Origin: Tubiluchus corallicola
Taxonomy: Eukaryota > Animalia > Priapulida
Assembly (NCBI GenBank): GCA_030141605.1
Contig: JAQGDQ010000188.1
Location: 62,001-126,000 of the forward strand
DNA length: 64,000 nucleotides
Direction of reading: 5' to 3'
The position numbers and the translations under genes are program-made. The notes beneath the pieces were generated by a model. It was not told the origin of the DNA. It made no database searches and saw only the letters and a program-made list of their open reading frames with translations. Shown here one piece after another: positions 26,864 through 40,700 of this stretch; position 1 is the stretch's first letter, and the number at the start of each line of letters is the position of its first letter.

Positions 26864-29590
26864 CTAGCTCGATTTTTGTGCTAGTTAAGTCAATTCGGGG
26901 TGCTAAATTTAAAAATGATAGACACAATTTTTCGTGTATATCTTCGGCCTCCATTTTGAATTTCAAAATGGGCGCCATTTAAAAATTAAGCTAGTTGCTG
27001 AGTTCCTCATAGAATTTTGAGCTAGATTCATTTTTTTACAAAAAAATCAAGAGTGAGGTAGAATAGATATGCGTTAAATACTTTTTAAAAAGTGGGCGTG
27101 GCTAAGTCACGTGACAGGGGCTAGGATGTTTAAATATCTGCAAATGTCTTTTTCGTTTAATTTCTACTTACAGTGCTTTACTAGGATCTCATGTTTTTGC
27201 GTTTATTGCGAGCTGGATAAATGTAGATGACCATTAGGTATTTTTCACATAATGGGGGCAGGTCACGTGACCTATGCGAAACTGTTAAAGTATGTCCATG
27301 TTAATAACTGAGAATGTGCAGCAGCTCGAATCATGGAAACTTGTTTTGCAGCTCAAGGACTGATTTACCTTGTAGTGACCTTGAACAAAAGTATAAAGGT
27401 CGCTGGACAGTGGTCAGTTTGTGCTATAATATGTAATAATTCAAAAATTACAATACCAAGTGCTCACACAGCAGTATGTAAATTTTGTTGTCCTTCGATT
27501 AAACCCCATATATTCCAGTAAGATTTTTGAACCAAAACTGAGTTTATTAGCTTCTGTTTTGACTAGCCACAATTTTTGCGTGTTGATTTCAAATGTTAGG
27601 TGACAAATTTTTTCACGTGCAATTTTTACTTTTCAAAATGTCTAACATTTTCAGTTTCCTTTTACTATTAAAATAATACATTTTGCAAACGAACTTTTTA
27701 AAAGAACTTTTGGACAAATTTGATTGTAGCTTGATTGTAAAAATATCATTTTAAATAATTTCACCAGTGGCGCCCAGGTTTAAACAATAAAAAAATACCT
27801 GGTGCTTATTCAGTTTCTTGAAATTCTTCACAAGATGCGTCGTAATCCAACATGTTATCACTGTCACTGCATCTGCGAAGTTTAGTGCATGGTAAGTTGT
27901 TTTTCCAGCAAGAATAGTTGTTAACACATTTTATCCTCCCATCCATTATCAACAAGTGGTGGTATAAGTGGCCGTACTTGTTTGTACCTCTTGTTGATTA
28001 GAGATATGAGATTAGCTCTCATTATGTGTGGTATCAGCGCTCTAGTAGAAGGCAACTTTTCAGCCTCAAGCTTTGCATTTAAACAGCTCCAATCTCAGTT
28101 CCTTAACAGTACTGCAGTTGCAGTTTCTGGTATTTTCAAAGCTTTGTTGCTTTGCACAAGAGAGGGTTACCTTTATAGTGTTTTAGCATGCTCTCTTTAA
28201 AAGAGCTTGAATTGCGTGCGGAGTATGCGCGTTGCCGAGGAGTCCTTAACTAATAATGCTCTTCGGTTACCGCGTTCGTTTTTTCATGTAAAAATTTGCC
28301 ACAGAATTCTTATATTAGACTGATCAGCTCAGAGGCAATCAAGAAAAATCTGTCAAGTGACTCTTCATTTTGTGTGATTCCAGCACCCCCCCCTTCAATT
28401 GTACCGGTGACTGATCTACAAAGAGGTTGGTAAATGGAACGCCAGATTTATTTACCATAAAATCATCACACTTTAGGGCAATCCAAGTTTCTTGATCAGA
28501 GCATTTAACTGTTGCATTTGAGCAAGATAGACAGGCACTAGTCGAGCATATTTATAAAGATCAATAGCAAAGTAGTACTTGTTCCCTCAACTGCACCAAG
28601 ATGAAGTTCACACTCTCCTTGCCCACTTGCATGGATTCTGCTTATTTCATATGAAATTAGTACTCACCAAATTTGTCCAAAAGTTATTTTAAAAGGTTAG
28701 TTTACAGAATGTATTACTGTAATAGTAAAAGGAGACTGGAAATGTCAGTCATTTTGATACTGTAACTAAAGTGGCGGCTAGAGCTGCACGCGAAAAAATG
28801 TCACCTAACACTTTGGAAATCAGCACGCAAAAATTGTGGCTAGCCGAAACAGAAAGCTAATAAGTTTTGGCTCAAAAATCTGACAGGAATATATAGGGTT
28901 TAACCCAACGGCAACAAAAATTGCACTGTTGTGTGAGTATTTGATACTGTAATTTTTGAATTATTAGATATTATAGCCCAAACTGACCAATGTCCACTGA
29001 GCTTGATACTTTTGCTCAAGATCAATGCAAGGTACATCAGTCCTTGAGCTATTCCATGTTCCTGCAAAACAAGTTTCCACGATTCGAGTTGCTGTACAAG
29101 CTCAGTTATTAACATAAACATATTCTCAGCAAACATATAAAAACATATAAACAATATAAACATATACTCCGTTATAATCATATTTTTACATTTTGGCATA
29201 GTCACATGACCTGCCACCACTTTTTGAAAAATACCTTATGGTCATCTACACCTGCGCAGCTGCCCATAAATGCAAGAATGTGAGATCCTAGCAAAATACT
29301 GTAAGTAGAAATTGAGCGACAAAGACATTTGCACATATTTAGACATCTTAGCACCTGTCACGTGACTTAACTACGCCCACTTTTCTGAAAGTATTTAACA
29401 CACATCTAGCTTACCTCACACTTGAATAAAGAAATTAAACTTAACTCAAAATCCCATGAGAAACTCACTAACTAGCTTAATTTTAAATTTTACTGGCGAC
29501 CACTAATGGTACTTATCAGTTTTGAATTCAGCACCTCCAAATTGACTTAACTAGCCACAAAAATCAATTTTGGCACAAAAATCGAGCTAG
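26864..29590 (-). mobile_element. Internally deleted DNA transposon with ~860-920 bp imperfect terminal inverted repeats (Academ-like)
   Basis: 26864-~27722 is the diverged reverse complement of ~28668-29590 (ends ctagctcgatttttgtgc / gcacaaaaatcgagctag). The spacer encodes broken minus-strand fragments: YYFAIDLYKYARLVPVYLAQM, FMVNKSGVPFTNLFVDQ, GAGITQNEESLDRFFLIASEL, EKLPSTRALIPHIMRAN..DNGW. Confidence 0.75.
27760..28620 (-). pseudogene. Degenerate Academ-type transposase fragments
   Basis: Frameshifted, stop-interrupted segments matching the YAR..P.Y...M / F.V.K...F..I..DQ / GG..G.T.N and C-terminal LP.T..AL..H..RA..GW motifs recalled for Academ proteins. Confidence 0.6.
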
Positions 29591-30434
29591 AATACACAAG
29601 GGAATGTACTATTAGAATCATCGGCGGAAGAATACATTATGGCACAGTTTTTGCGGTGACGCGGTGTTGCAGCTGACAGCGATAAGCAGCGATGTCATTA
29701 TAGGCACAATAGTTTCCATCTTTCTTTTCTAACGATCCCTACTGAATGTAATATTTGATGAATTTTATAAAATTTTGTAGACATTGAATGCTATTAAATC
29801 TCCGTCCTTTTAAACTGCTTAAATAAGAAAGTCGGTATCCATAACATAAAAAAAACAATACCGACAATACAGGAATACTAATACCAGCCTACAAAAAAAA
29901 CAGATGAAAGTCATCTACATGATTATAGACACTGTGGTGCCAAACAATTATATATTAATGCATAACAAAATGTTTACAAAATCATGATTCTATACAGCTA
30001 AAACGTTGAGTTCACAATGTACCCCTAATGGGCCCGCAGAGCTCTCAAATTAATATTTTTGAAGATACTCTTGAAAGGTGGCCTGATGCTGCGAAATAGA
30101 GAACCTGTATACACTCGCAAAATATAAAATACATATGTACTCTGCAACATCTGCGTTCTATGCTAAGTCTTGTATGCTGGTACTTTAAATAAAATCTGTT
30201 TTTCTGTCTACTGTCACATTCTAGGTGTTCCTGCAAATTGTGGTGTGACAACATTTGCATTGAAATTGATGCTAAATTTGCTCTATAGATCTGATGAGAT
30301 ATATACTGGAATGTATAACTAATTTATGCTAAATCAAAATATTGACAGTATATTTATAAAAAACTACGCTAAAACATAAATCAAGTAAAACTATTAAAAC
30401 GGGATTTTGTTTAAATTTTTTAGGTAAAATTACA

Positions 30435-30768
30435 ATGAAGCTTTCTTGGCTACTATTACTGTACGTTGCATTAATAGGGCTTTCATTAGTCTTATCGCAA
30501 GGCAACAACAATAACAACGGAAAGAAAAACAAAAACAAATCAAATGGTAGAGGTAGCGGTAGCGGTAACCGCCAAACGGACGAAGATCAAGCCAGTGGAA
30601 ACGGCAACAAGAGAGACAAAACTGGTAAAGATAAACAGAAGGGAAGACGACGTAGAACCGAAGATGATCTCCCCTTCAAAAGGCAAAAGAAACCGAAAAA
30701 GGCCAAGAAGGACGTTGTTCTTCAAGAAGTACCAGAGGAGTATGCAGAATTTGCTGTGAGATATGGAG
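30435..30768 (+). CDS. C1A protease exon 1 (signal peptide, basic low-complexity pro region)
   Basis: MKLSWLLLLYVALIGLSLVLS signal; donor g|gtacgt, phase 1. Confidence 0.75.
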
Positions 30769-33700
30769 GTACGTTTGAATTTCCTCTGGGCTACTCGTTT
30801 ATTTCTTAGTAACTGCAATGTTATGTATAATATGGTCACAGCTGTTGTTGTAACTCACCTAATAGTTTATTTCCATTTGAGAAAAGGGCTCTGTTTAAGA
30901 AATGTTAGGCATTTTTAAAGAAAATAAAATTTGGCAAACCGTTAATTTGTTTGGTCACTTTTGATATACTGATTTCGAATATTTTGTTTTACAAGCTTGA
31001 TTTTGATTTTCAAAAATCAAAAACCAAAAGAAAATATTTCAAAATTCATTATATAAAATAATACAAGGGAAGTCTTGAGAAGTCTTAAGTATTATGCTTT
31101 TTCAGCTATATTTTGTTTCTTTTGGTTAATAAAAGAAAAACAAAATGGCCACCATCAAAACGTAAATTATTTTTAAATTTTGTTGAGAAATTTATATAAA
31201 ACAATACAAAGGCATTTTTAAGTGCTATATCTGAATTAAAATATTTTACTTGCCGAAAAATCTTTGGATTTTGATTATCAAAAACGAAAACAAAATATCT
31301 GCCGTCAAGGACTATGGCATTCAAGAATACTGCAAAAATGGCCAAAAACCTTAAAACTTGTTTTTAACATTCCGAGTTCAAACCATTTGTTTACCACACA
31401 AAATTGCTTATTAACCAGCACAAGCTAAAAATACAAAATAGTCGCTATGAAAAGCGTACGTAAGCAAATAAAATATTCAAACGCAAACTGACTGATACTT
31501 TTATTGTTTTGCTGAAGAATGCTGCCAAGTGCTTTTTACCTCAACGTTGCTGTTTTTCATTTGGTGATTAGCTAACGTTGTTTCGGCGTAACTTAAAAAC
31601 TACTAAAACTGTGAACATATAGCTTTAACAGCCAAGCTAATGTACTATAATATCACGCTATAAGACTTCACTTTTGTAGGGCACTTACTTCTAATAATAA
31701 TGTACTCGAAACTCTGTCACATTTTTCTGCGCTACCGAATACATTACAGGTACAACGTTACCATTTATATCATTCACAATCAATTTTGGCTCAGTAAAGT
31801 CCGATCAACTAAATCAAACACCATACGACAATCTATACAAGTGCGTATAAAACCCTTCTGTATAACACAATTATAAGTCTAATGATGACCCGTACGAAAT
31901 CCAGGGTAACAGCCCTGATTACACCCCTCCAGTTTAGCCTAGCCGCCTATTTTATAACCTTGAGCATAAAGTAGCCTAGTCCAAAGCATATCTCCCTAAG
32001 CCAGATTAAACCCCTATCAAAATCAATAATAATAAAACTGTATTTAATGGGGTATATTCTAGCCTAGCCCATTTTATATCCAGGGTATAAACTGGCTTAG
32101 CCCAAACTATACCCCTGGTATAAAAACAGCCCAGATTACGCTTCCTCCGGAAAATATCCGGGTATAGTTTAGCCTAGCCTAGCCTAGAATTTAGCCCGGA
32201 GTGTAATTTGGCCTAGCCTACTTTATACCTTTGGGCATGTGACGTTGTAGTGTATAGAAAATGTTGACAGTCCAACAAATGGTTGATATTATGTACCCAG
32301 CAAGTTTTCAATTCCACTTCAGAACATGTATTGTACTACACAAATCTTTCTGAGTTTTTCAGTGTTGTTTTAAATATTCTATAAATGTTCAATTGTTTCT
32401 ACTGACCAAATTAAATGGATTACCTGGATTAAATGGATTAACTTAGAAGAAATTTAGGCCGCTTTGAAGTTGCAGATATTATTAATATAGACAGTTACCA
32501 TGACTGCCTGTAATACTGTGCAACATCCACTTCTGATACAGAAAGCTAAACACAATTGTATGATTATTATGAAACATGGAAAATCACTTTTGTGACTATC
32601 AATGAATGTACATTAATGTTAATATTCATGTAGATAAGCTTTTGGTTGTTTGGTGCTGAATAAAACAAGTATTTTATTAATATAGATGTTAAATTATTTT
32701 GTACTTGCACTTCTGGAATTACATTTGATAAACTATGTGGCATCATGGGCAATACCGCTTTAATAGCAAAAATGATAAAAATAATTAAAGTAAGATAATA
32801 ATAATAAAATAAGTAAAAAATTATAAGCTTTTTGATTTTGAAAAGGAGGGTATATTCTGGACTAGGGGGTATTCGTTTTTCCATAGTCTATGCCTGATGC
32901 TTTTCCGTTTTTACAATTAAACTTGTAACTTTTAACTGCTTTTTACTTTCATCAGTTAATAAGTGCCAGTATAGTTTAGGACACAAATTTCGCACAGTCT
33001 TTTAATTTTTGTTTCGATTATTCTTTTTTGATGTAGCAGTTTTTTATGTTCTTTAGATTTTTTCAACGTTAAAATATTTGTTTCACACTTTTTCTTTTTT
33101 AACTTGTTTTTGCAACATAAATAATTTGATATTGCCTTTTCAAATTCAAACCAAAGCTGTATTAAATCCTTTTCTTTCTCATTTCCTTGCTGCTTTTTAG
33201 TGGGATTTAAATACTTTATTCAACCCACTTTAAGAACTTGTCGTAAGCATTTGTTTTACTCATTTGTTTAGTTAATTTGCTTATTTTATGTTTATATTAT
33301 AAGAAGCTAAATCGTCAATTTCTTTTCCTAAATTAAATTAACAATGACATCAAAATTAAATGCTTCTTAAAAATTATTACATAGTTCATATTTTCAGGCA
33401 GATTTTACCACTTTATTTTCAGCATAAAGGTCTGACAGAGAACTCTGCCTCTGCAACTGAGTTTTTACTAAAGAATTCCTTAATTTAAGTTACAGCCAAC
33501 AACATTTAGAGTTACACTTACAGAACATTATACTTGTCCAAAACACTTTCGTTAAAGTCAGACAAATGTGAAAAAGGCTTGGCGACGCGATAACACAATC
33601 AATAGTACTTTGACCTTCTTCAGCTAGTGAGGTAAACCATGTAAAATCACCCGTTTTTGCATCGCTATACCAATCCTGCCATTAACAATTTTCAGGTCAC

Positions 33701-35593
33701 TTACTTTGCGAAAATCCAGCATCAAATGTTCATTATTATTCACTTTCTGTCTCCCATTATGTCTTTTCAGTGGTATAACCATTATTCTCCAAACCATGTG
33801 GTCCATGTTTGGTTAATTAATGTGGTCCATTGTCAAATCAAATAATAGTTTTTAATGTAATCTTGTAAAATTGCAAATTGTAACTTATTATACAAACCAC
33901 AAACATTTAAACCAAAATACCAAATACATTTAATTTTCTACAATAACGTCCTTGAGTAAAGGTGAATCTTAATTTTTAAATTGCTTGTGAGATTTTTTTA
34001 TTTGTGGCTTTATGCTACAGGATCCCTGTCATGTTTCGCCCTACATTTAATATGTCTCACATTATGCTTATGCAACATTAAGCCCTATTCACACTGCATG
34101 TTTAATTAATTGATATGTATGATATTTAGCTACTGACAGTGATGGTTATGATTAAATTGTTTGATTAATTATTTTAATGTCTGCCATTTGATCTTTCTTT
34201 TTCTTCAGATCCATTAGTGTATAGAGTGCGAATAGGCCATAGTCACCCGTACTTTTAACATCCGCCTTAGGCCGATCTGCATCCATACATTTAGTGACTA
34301 TGATACTAGATCCCTTCTGGTATGAGATGTAAAACTAACGCAGCATGCCCCTCTTTGATTCCCCTATAGGAAATACAAGATCATTGTCGTCACAATCCCC
34401 TATCACATAATTTCGTTCGTTTGGAAATTATGCAATGAAGCTTCATTTAAAACACCGGCGTTTTAATTTCAAATTAAAAACTGTTCTTCGTCTTTAGATA
34501 ATTTTGGCAACATTGCACTTATTACTGCTGCGACACATCTGCGATTATTACGGCCGCAATTGCGGCCAAAACAGTTTTGACGTAAAAGATAGCAGGGCCA
34601 TGTAGATTGTAGGTCACTATTTATTTCAAATCTAACTATATGAAACAGAAATGCCACCGATCTCTAAAAGTTAGTTTTCATGTTTCCGATGTACTGTTTT
34701 GCCTATCGCACATTCTATGTCCGGCAGTCTGAAAATGTTATCAAACCTTTTCGCTGAGTCGACTGATGCTGAGGTACATTGCCAATTACTTTCACTCCAT
34801 AGCAAATTGAAAAAACCAACAGATTATTTTCTGTGTTGTAGCTGGGAAGATAAAAGGACGTAACCAGTTAAAATCTAGATCAGAATATGACAAGAACAAA
34901 AATCTTGTGAAGAGACTCCGAAAGAAGTGGGAAAGAGGCGAGATAACTTACCCACCAAACTTACCATTTGAACCCTTCAAGGTTAGTATGTGCTAGTTTG
35001 TTGTTGCAATCGTGTTCTGAGATTTGTGAAATTAAAGAGACTTAGAAAATACTATATATAGGATAAATTTTAATAATGGCAATATGCCTCGCTTTCCAAA
35101 CGATTAAATAAGCAACTCAAGACGCTCATAGACGAGTACTGGTATAGAGTAGCAAAGCTCTCTTATTTCTGCAATTTTAACGTATTTGTGTGCATTTCTA
35201 ATAACAGAATTTTTGAAATACTAACAGTGCCGAGAAAACCTTGTCGAATATTCATATCTAGAAAACAAAAATTTCGTCCCTGCATTTGTAGGGTAAAATT
35301 GTGTGAAAGCAGTGTCCGGGACAATCCATTGCTTCAGCAATGCATGCACCAAAACCTTTCATTGGCAAAAATGACAGTTAACAACATTTTGCTCAGCATT
35401 GCTCTACAAGAATGAACACAACTGGGTTTACCGTTCAGATTTATTACATGAATGATCTTGATTACTCTGTCACTACTACCCAGTTACGTCTACTACTCAC
35501 GTTTCCTTAGTACTTGGACGAACTAAAATTATATTGTAGGTGGTAAAATAACCACTATTCTATTTCTTTATTTTTAATTTCAAAACTAAATGG

Positions 35594-35630
<37 letters not shown>

Positions 35631-37688
35631 CATTTATATCTGATAAAGGATTATAATTTCCACTTTTTTACTTTAGGACCGGAGTGAATTCGCAAAGACA
35701 AGACTTGGTCTAAAAAAGCCAAAAAGGCCCAAAAATCCCAAAATTGCAGAAAAATTTGGAAATCTTATTCCAGAAGAGTTTGATAATCGGTTTTTCAGAA
35801 CGCCCGTTCTTCGTAATGACACTTATGAAAGCGAAGGCAGTACAAGACGAAGGAAAAGAGCTGCCGCTGGTCTTCCTCCTTGCGTCAAGGAAGGCGGGAC
35901 TTACCCTTATTGCTACTATTGGGATATACTTGGTTGCATGTCGCCAGTTTATGATCAGGTAACATCTTTTAAAACAATGGTAGATTGTTATTTTTTGCTG
36001 CTATTTATGCGTTTTAAAATCTGTTTCCCGACGACCACTTGCAATTTGCTTGTTAATTACTGACTTTTTTGAAATTAGCCTAAATTTCATACGAGTAATG
36101 AGAGTGAGTCAACAAAAAAATTGCAAAAGCCGTAAAACACGGAAAATTGCAGAAATTGGGCTCTAAACTTTAACTAACTTAGAATATTCAATTTTGATAG
36201 AGATTTTGATAGGATAGTCGATAATAATTTTTTACCCCAGAAAAACTCTATCGGGTATCTAAACTTTGGCACTTACAGCTAAATCTGTCCAGAATCACAG
36301 ATTTTTGTAAGTGCTCAATCACCTTTGGTGTGTGGACTAATATGAAGATCAATTACAACTCAAAAACTATAATAAACTGGTCATCCAAGCTTAGATAACT
36401 GATATCATGAATCAGTCACTCAGTCAGTGACCCCAAAGAGAAAAATGTAGAAAAATCCTAAGGACAACCTTAAAGGAACTGATTTGAAACACTTTAAAGG
36501 AATGACCGGAAGAGAGACAGTTGACCTCGTGGTGTCATGACATCTTGCTTCTTAAACACCCTCTTAAAGTCACGTGCTTCTTTCACTTCCAACTAATGGC
36601 AGCTGTCTCGTTGACATCTGTTCCCCGTCTGGCAGTATAATTTACATATAAAGTCTGTTTGCCCTTCCTTACAATTTTTCAATTTTAGAACCTTTGCACT
36701 GATAAAATGTGAAGTCTCAATTTTCAAACAGCTCCATTATTACCATTAAAAAGGAAAATATCTGGGTCATATTATATCGGAAGACAATAGGGATGATTCA
36801 GAATTATTGCGACAATGTTCAATTTGCTATGACAGAACCAATACATTACTCATAGAATTTACTTACTGTTGAGTTAGCGCCAAGAGATAATTGTTTGATC
36901 CTTACTGCACTACCTTTTTACTGTATGTCCAGGAGACATTCTTATTTTTACAATCTTAGGAAACTCAAGGTTGCGTTTGATGTATCAGCACGGTAGCTTT
37001 TTCATATGATGCGAGTGCCAGATATATTTCTACTAGACTTAATCTTGTTTATTTTGATGTGATCCACAGTTTATATATTAGGCTGAATAAGTTTGAAAAT
37101 TTTATATGCAAGAGCATCTTAAACAGTGATGTAAACTTTACTTCTGAGATTAGACGTCAGTGGCGTAGTTTATTATATCTTTAATTGTTATTTATGGTAT
37201 TGTTGTCAGCTATAATTTATTGTATTTTTTGTACTAATTTGTGATATGTATATGAACTTTGTAACGCTTGAATGAAATATTAAATCAAATCAAATCATTA
37301 AATGTTATAAAGGTTATTTCAGTCTGCTACTAAACTATACTGCACATTCTGAGTGTGAATGCAAAAAAGATAATTATTACCACTGTTTTATTTCTACAGG
37401 GTGATTGCGGTAGCTGCTATGCGTTTGCCACTGTGAGTATTACAACATTTTGTTGTTTATATTTCAATAATTCTGTGCATCTTTTTCGTTAATAACAGCA
37501 TTCCCTAAAGTACCACCGTTAATGCATTTTGCGTGCAGGTCCAGTTACATGAATTGCAGTAATATTTTGTAAAATTAACATCAACATTAACATCAATTCA
37601 CAGATAATAAAAATAATCAAATGTGCATAAACTGACACTGTTTCAATCCCAACCTCCCTTTATCCTCTTTATCCCATATCTGTCCATT

Positions 37689-37775
<87 letters not shown>

Positions 37776-40700
37776 TCAGAATATCCAGACATGAAGCATC
37801 CTCTACACTCATATTGAAATGCAAATGCGTAAAACAATATCTCAAATTTAATCATCCGTTTTCCTTCTACGCTCAGATGGAAGCGCTTGAAACAATGACA
37901 TGTACAAAAACCGGAGTATCAGAATATGTTAGTACTCAGCATGTAGTGGATTGCAGCGTCTATACTAATGGATGTGGAGGTGGATTACCTTACAATGTAT
38001 TCTGGTGGATGTTCTATGTTGGCAAGCAGGCACCTCAGTCTGAATACCAATACATCGTAAGCAGTGATTTTTCATTTTATTCAAATTCTCTGTATGTGTG
38101 TTGCAATAAGATGTAACATTTATTAAAGTTATACAGTATATTATTCAATATACAGGGTGTCTCAAAAGTCACTAAACACATTGGAGTTTCTCCATCTGGT
38201 GGATTGGCCTTAGCCGTCGAGGCCGTCTCGGGTGGAAAACTGCGATCTCACATTATTCTGTTATATACATGTATATACACATTCTATTACATTACATGTT
38301 ATTATAAACATATACTATATACATGTATATTTGTATATAAGATAGATATAACATCGTATCGACATATTATTGATATAACACAGATAATTTAGATTAATTA
38401 GATATTATTGTGCAATCATTTAAATTCAAATGCTGATGTTGCAAATAAATGTTTCATTTCTTAACTGAATTAGTCTTGACCAAAAAAAAGTTATAGACTT
38501 CAATTACTGGTCAAGGTACTCACTATATTCGACAGTGTGGACTAAAAATATGGCTCAGCCAGTAAATGTGAAATTTGTTTTAGTATAATGGTTGACAGGC
38601 TTAGCTTTATCTTTAGATTTGGGTTTTTAGAAAATGTGAGCAATACTGCCATCTTGAATTCATGAAAACAAACTTGAAAATAATGTTATTTAGCTAGCTT
38701 CAATTCGAAATAGCTGATAGAAAATCGTCAGTTGATGCGGAGTTCGCTCCAGTATATTCTTTTAAAGTTCCGTGCTAATTTGTTGAAAGTGAGGCTAATT
38801 GTCGCTACCTTCAATTCATAAAAGCAGATCGAAAATCGGACTCTGTCAGTCAATGTAGAATTCGCTCTAGTATCGTACTGTAACGTTTCGTGACATTCTG
38901 TTTCGAATTCATGGGACTTAAGGAAGGCTTTTTTCGAAAATGATATTATTACTTCAATCATCTTGAATTTGTAATGGTGGACGGAAAATCCAACTTCGTC
39001 TATCGGTGCAGCATTCGCTCTAGTATATGCCTGTTTAGTTATATGGTGATCCATTATGAATTTTAAAGGGTCATCCCTCAAGAAGGAAAAGGACAACAGC
39101 AATTACAACAAGTAATCATTTGTGTTGAAGATCTCGACTAAAACTTATTATTAACAGAAGCAAACATGTAGAAGTCTACCAGCGCAATAGCTGTTTTGAG
39201 GTTTTCATCAAATTACAGTTTGACTAAAAGAATTCTCAAAAGTATTGTTTAAATATTTTGCCTGCATAAGAAATGTAAAATGTAAACTGTAGAGTAACTT
39301 TTGAGAAGCTCTGTGTATGACAAGGGGGAAGAGTAAAGTATACATCGCACACTTGCTCACATTGTATTTCAATTGTTAAGTGCAATTCTCACATTCAATC
39401 AAATCAGTAACTAGTAGTATCTATAGACAAGGGAAGAAGAGACGATGAGTTGTATTAAAATGGTAAAGCTGGCCCGAGATCACACCTTAATAGTATACAA
39501 TCAGTCAGCGCCACCAATCTGATACTAATGATATGCACGCAAGAGTTAGGAGTTGACTTATAAGGCACTATCTTTCAGCAGGGCATCCAAAACAGACAAT
39601 CCAAAATGGACGCAGACGCGCACGCATGCACACATACACACGCAATCACGCGCACCATAAATCCATGATATGCACATAGGCTAACACAAAACGCACCCAC
39701 ACGCAGACTGACACGCCACTTTATTCCAACGGTAACTGTAATAAGTATAAAATATCAGATTCTGTTAACTTTTTTCTCAGGCAGCTGCACAAACCTGTAA
39801 AGAAAATGACGCAGCAATTGGTTTCTTCACAACGCAAATCGTCAATCCATATTCCTGGTACTATCGTGGTGAAAGGTAAGTACAATGTACTGGTTAGTTA
39901 ATTCATATTAGCTTACCGAGACACCAAAAACTTTCCGATTAAACAGATTTTTCTAATGTATATGAAATTAAGAAAAAAAAATCGTGGCAAGACTATTTCG
40001 TTCGCTAACAATTCAACTGGAGTTAGTATAAGCGTCATTTTCGGTTTTACGTTGAACAAGTGTTAAATAATGATAGTAGTGGCAAAGGTCTTGACGTTGA
40101 TCTTTGCAACATTATCGAGAATAATTGTCTGTAAGAGCCGAATATCGTCTAAGATGATTATTACAACAAAATTAGGGAAATTGACTCACCTGTTTGTGGA
40201 AGTGCATATTTTTGGACTTCATACGTGAAACTCCTAAATTTTTTGTTTTAGTTCACTGGGAATCCAATATATTGATCAACTCTTGAAAACTGGACCAGTT
40301 ATTGTAGGCATCTGGGCAAACAACTATAAGTTCTTATCCTACACTATTGGTAAGTTAGTCAATTTTCACACAATACTGTCCAATATCATCACTATGATGA
40401 AGCAAGATGGACCATTGAATCTTTGCGAAAAATTGTAAAAGAAAAATTTTGCTCATTTTTATTTCGTGCCGGTTAAACTTGCTAACACAAGCTTTCAAGC
40501 TTTTAGTTAATGAAATGACTTTTAAGATTGCTTTTAATTTTGACGAAAAGCACATCAGCAGAAACTTAATTGAAAACATCATTTTTTGTCGTTGCTCACA
40601 GCTTTCAGTTAACAGCTGTAAAGATTCTCCGAACCTTTACGTTTTGATGTAAAATACAAATTAGGTTCATTTTTCGAGTTAAAGTGTGTGGAGTATATGG

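Noticed and set aside
30435-30809. Standalone secreted basic peptide or neuropeptide precursor gene
   Set aside because: A phase-1 donor at 30768 joins in frame to the downstream protease exons, so it is better explained as the protease prepro exon, pending RNA evidence
37623-37855. SLSL / RERE ORFs
   Set aside because: Artefacts of the (CT)n repeat
38151-38230. TA-CAGGGTGTCTCAAAA Tc1/mariner-like terminus
   Set aside because: No partner TIR or transposase found in the window; too short to support
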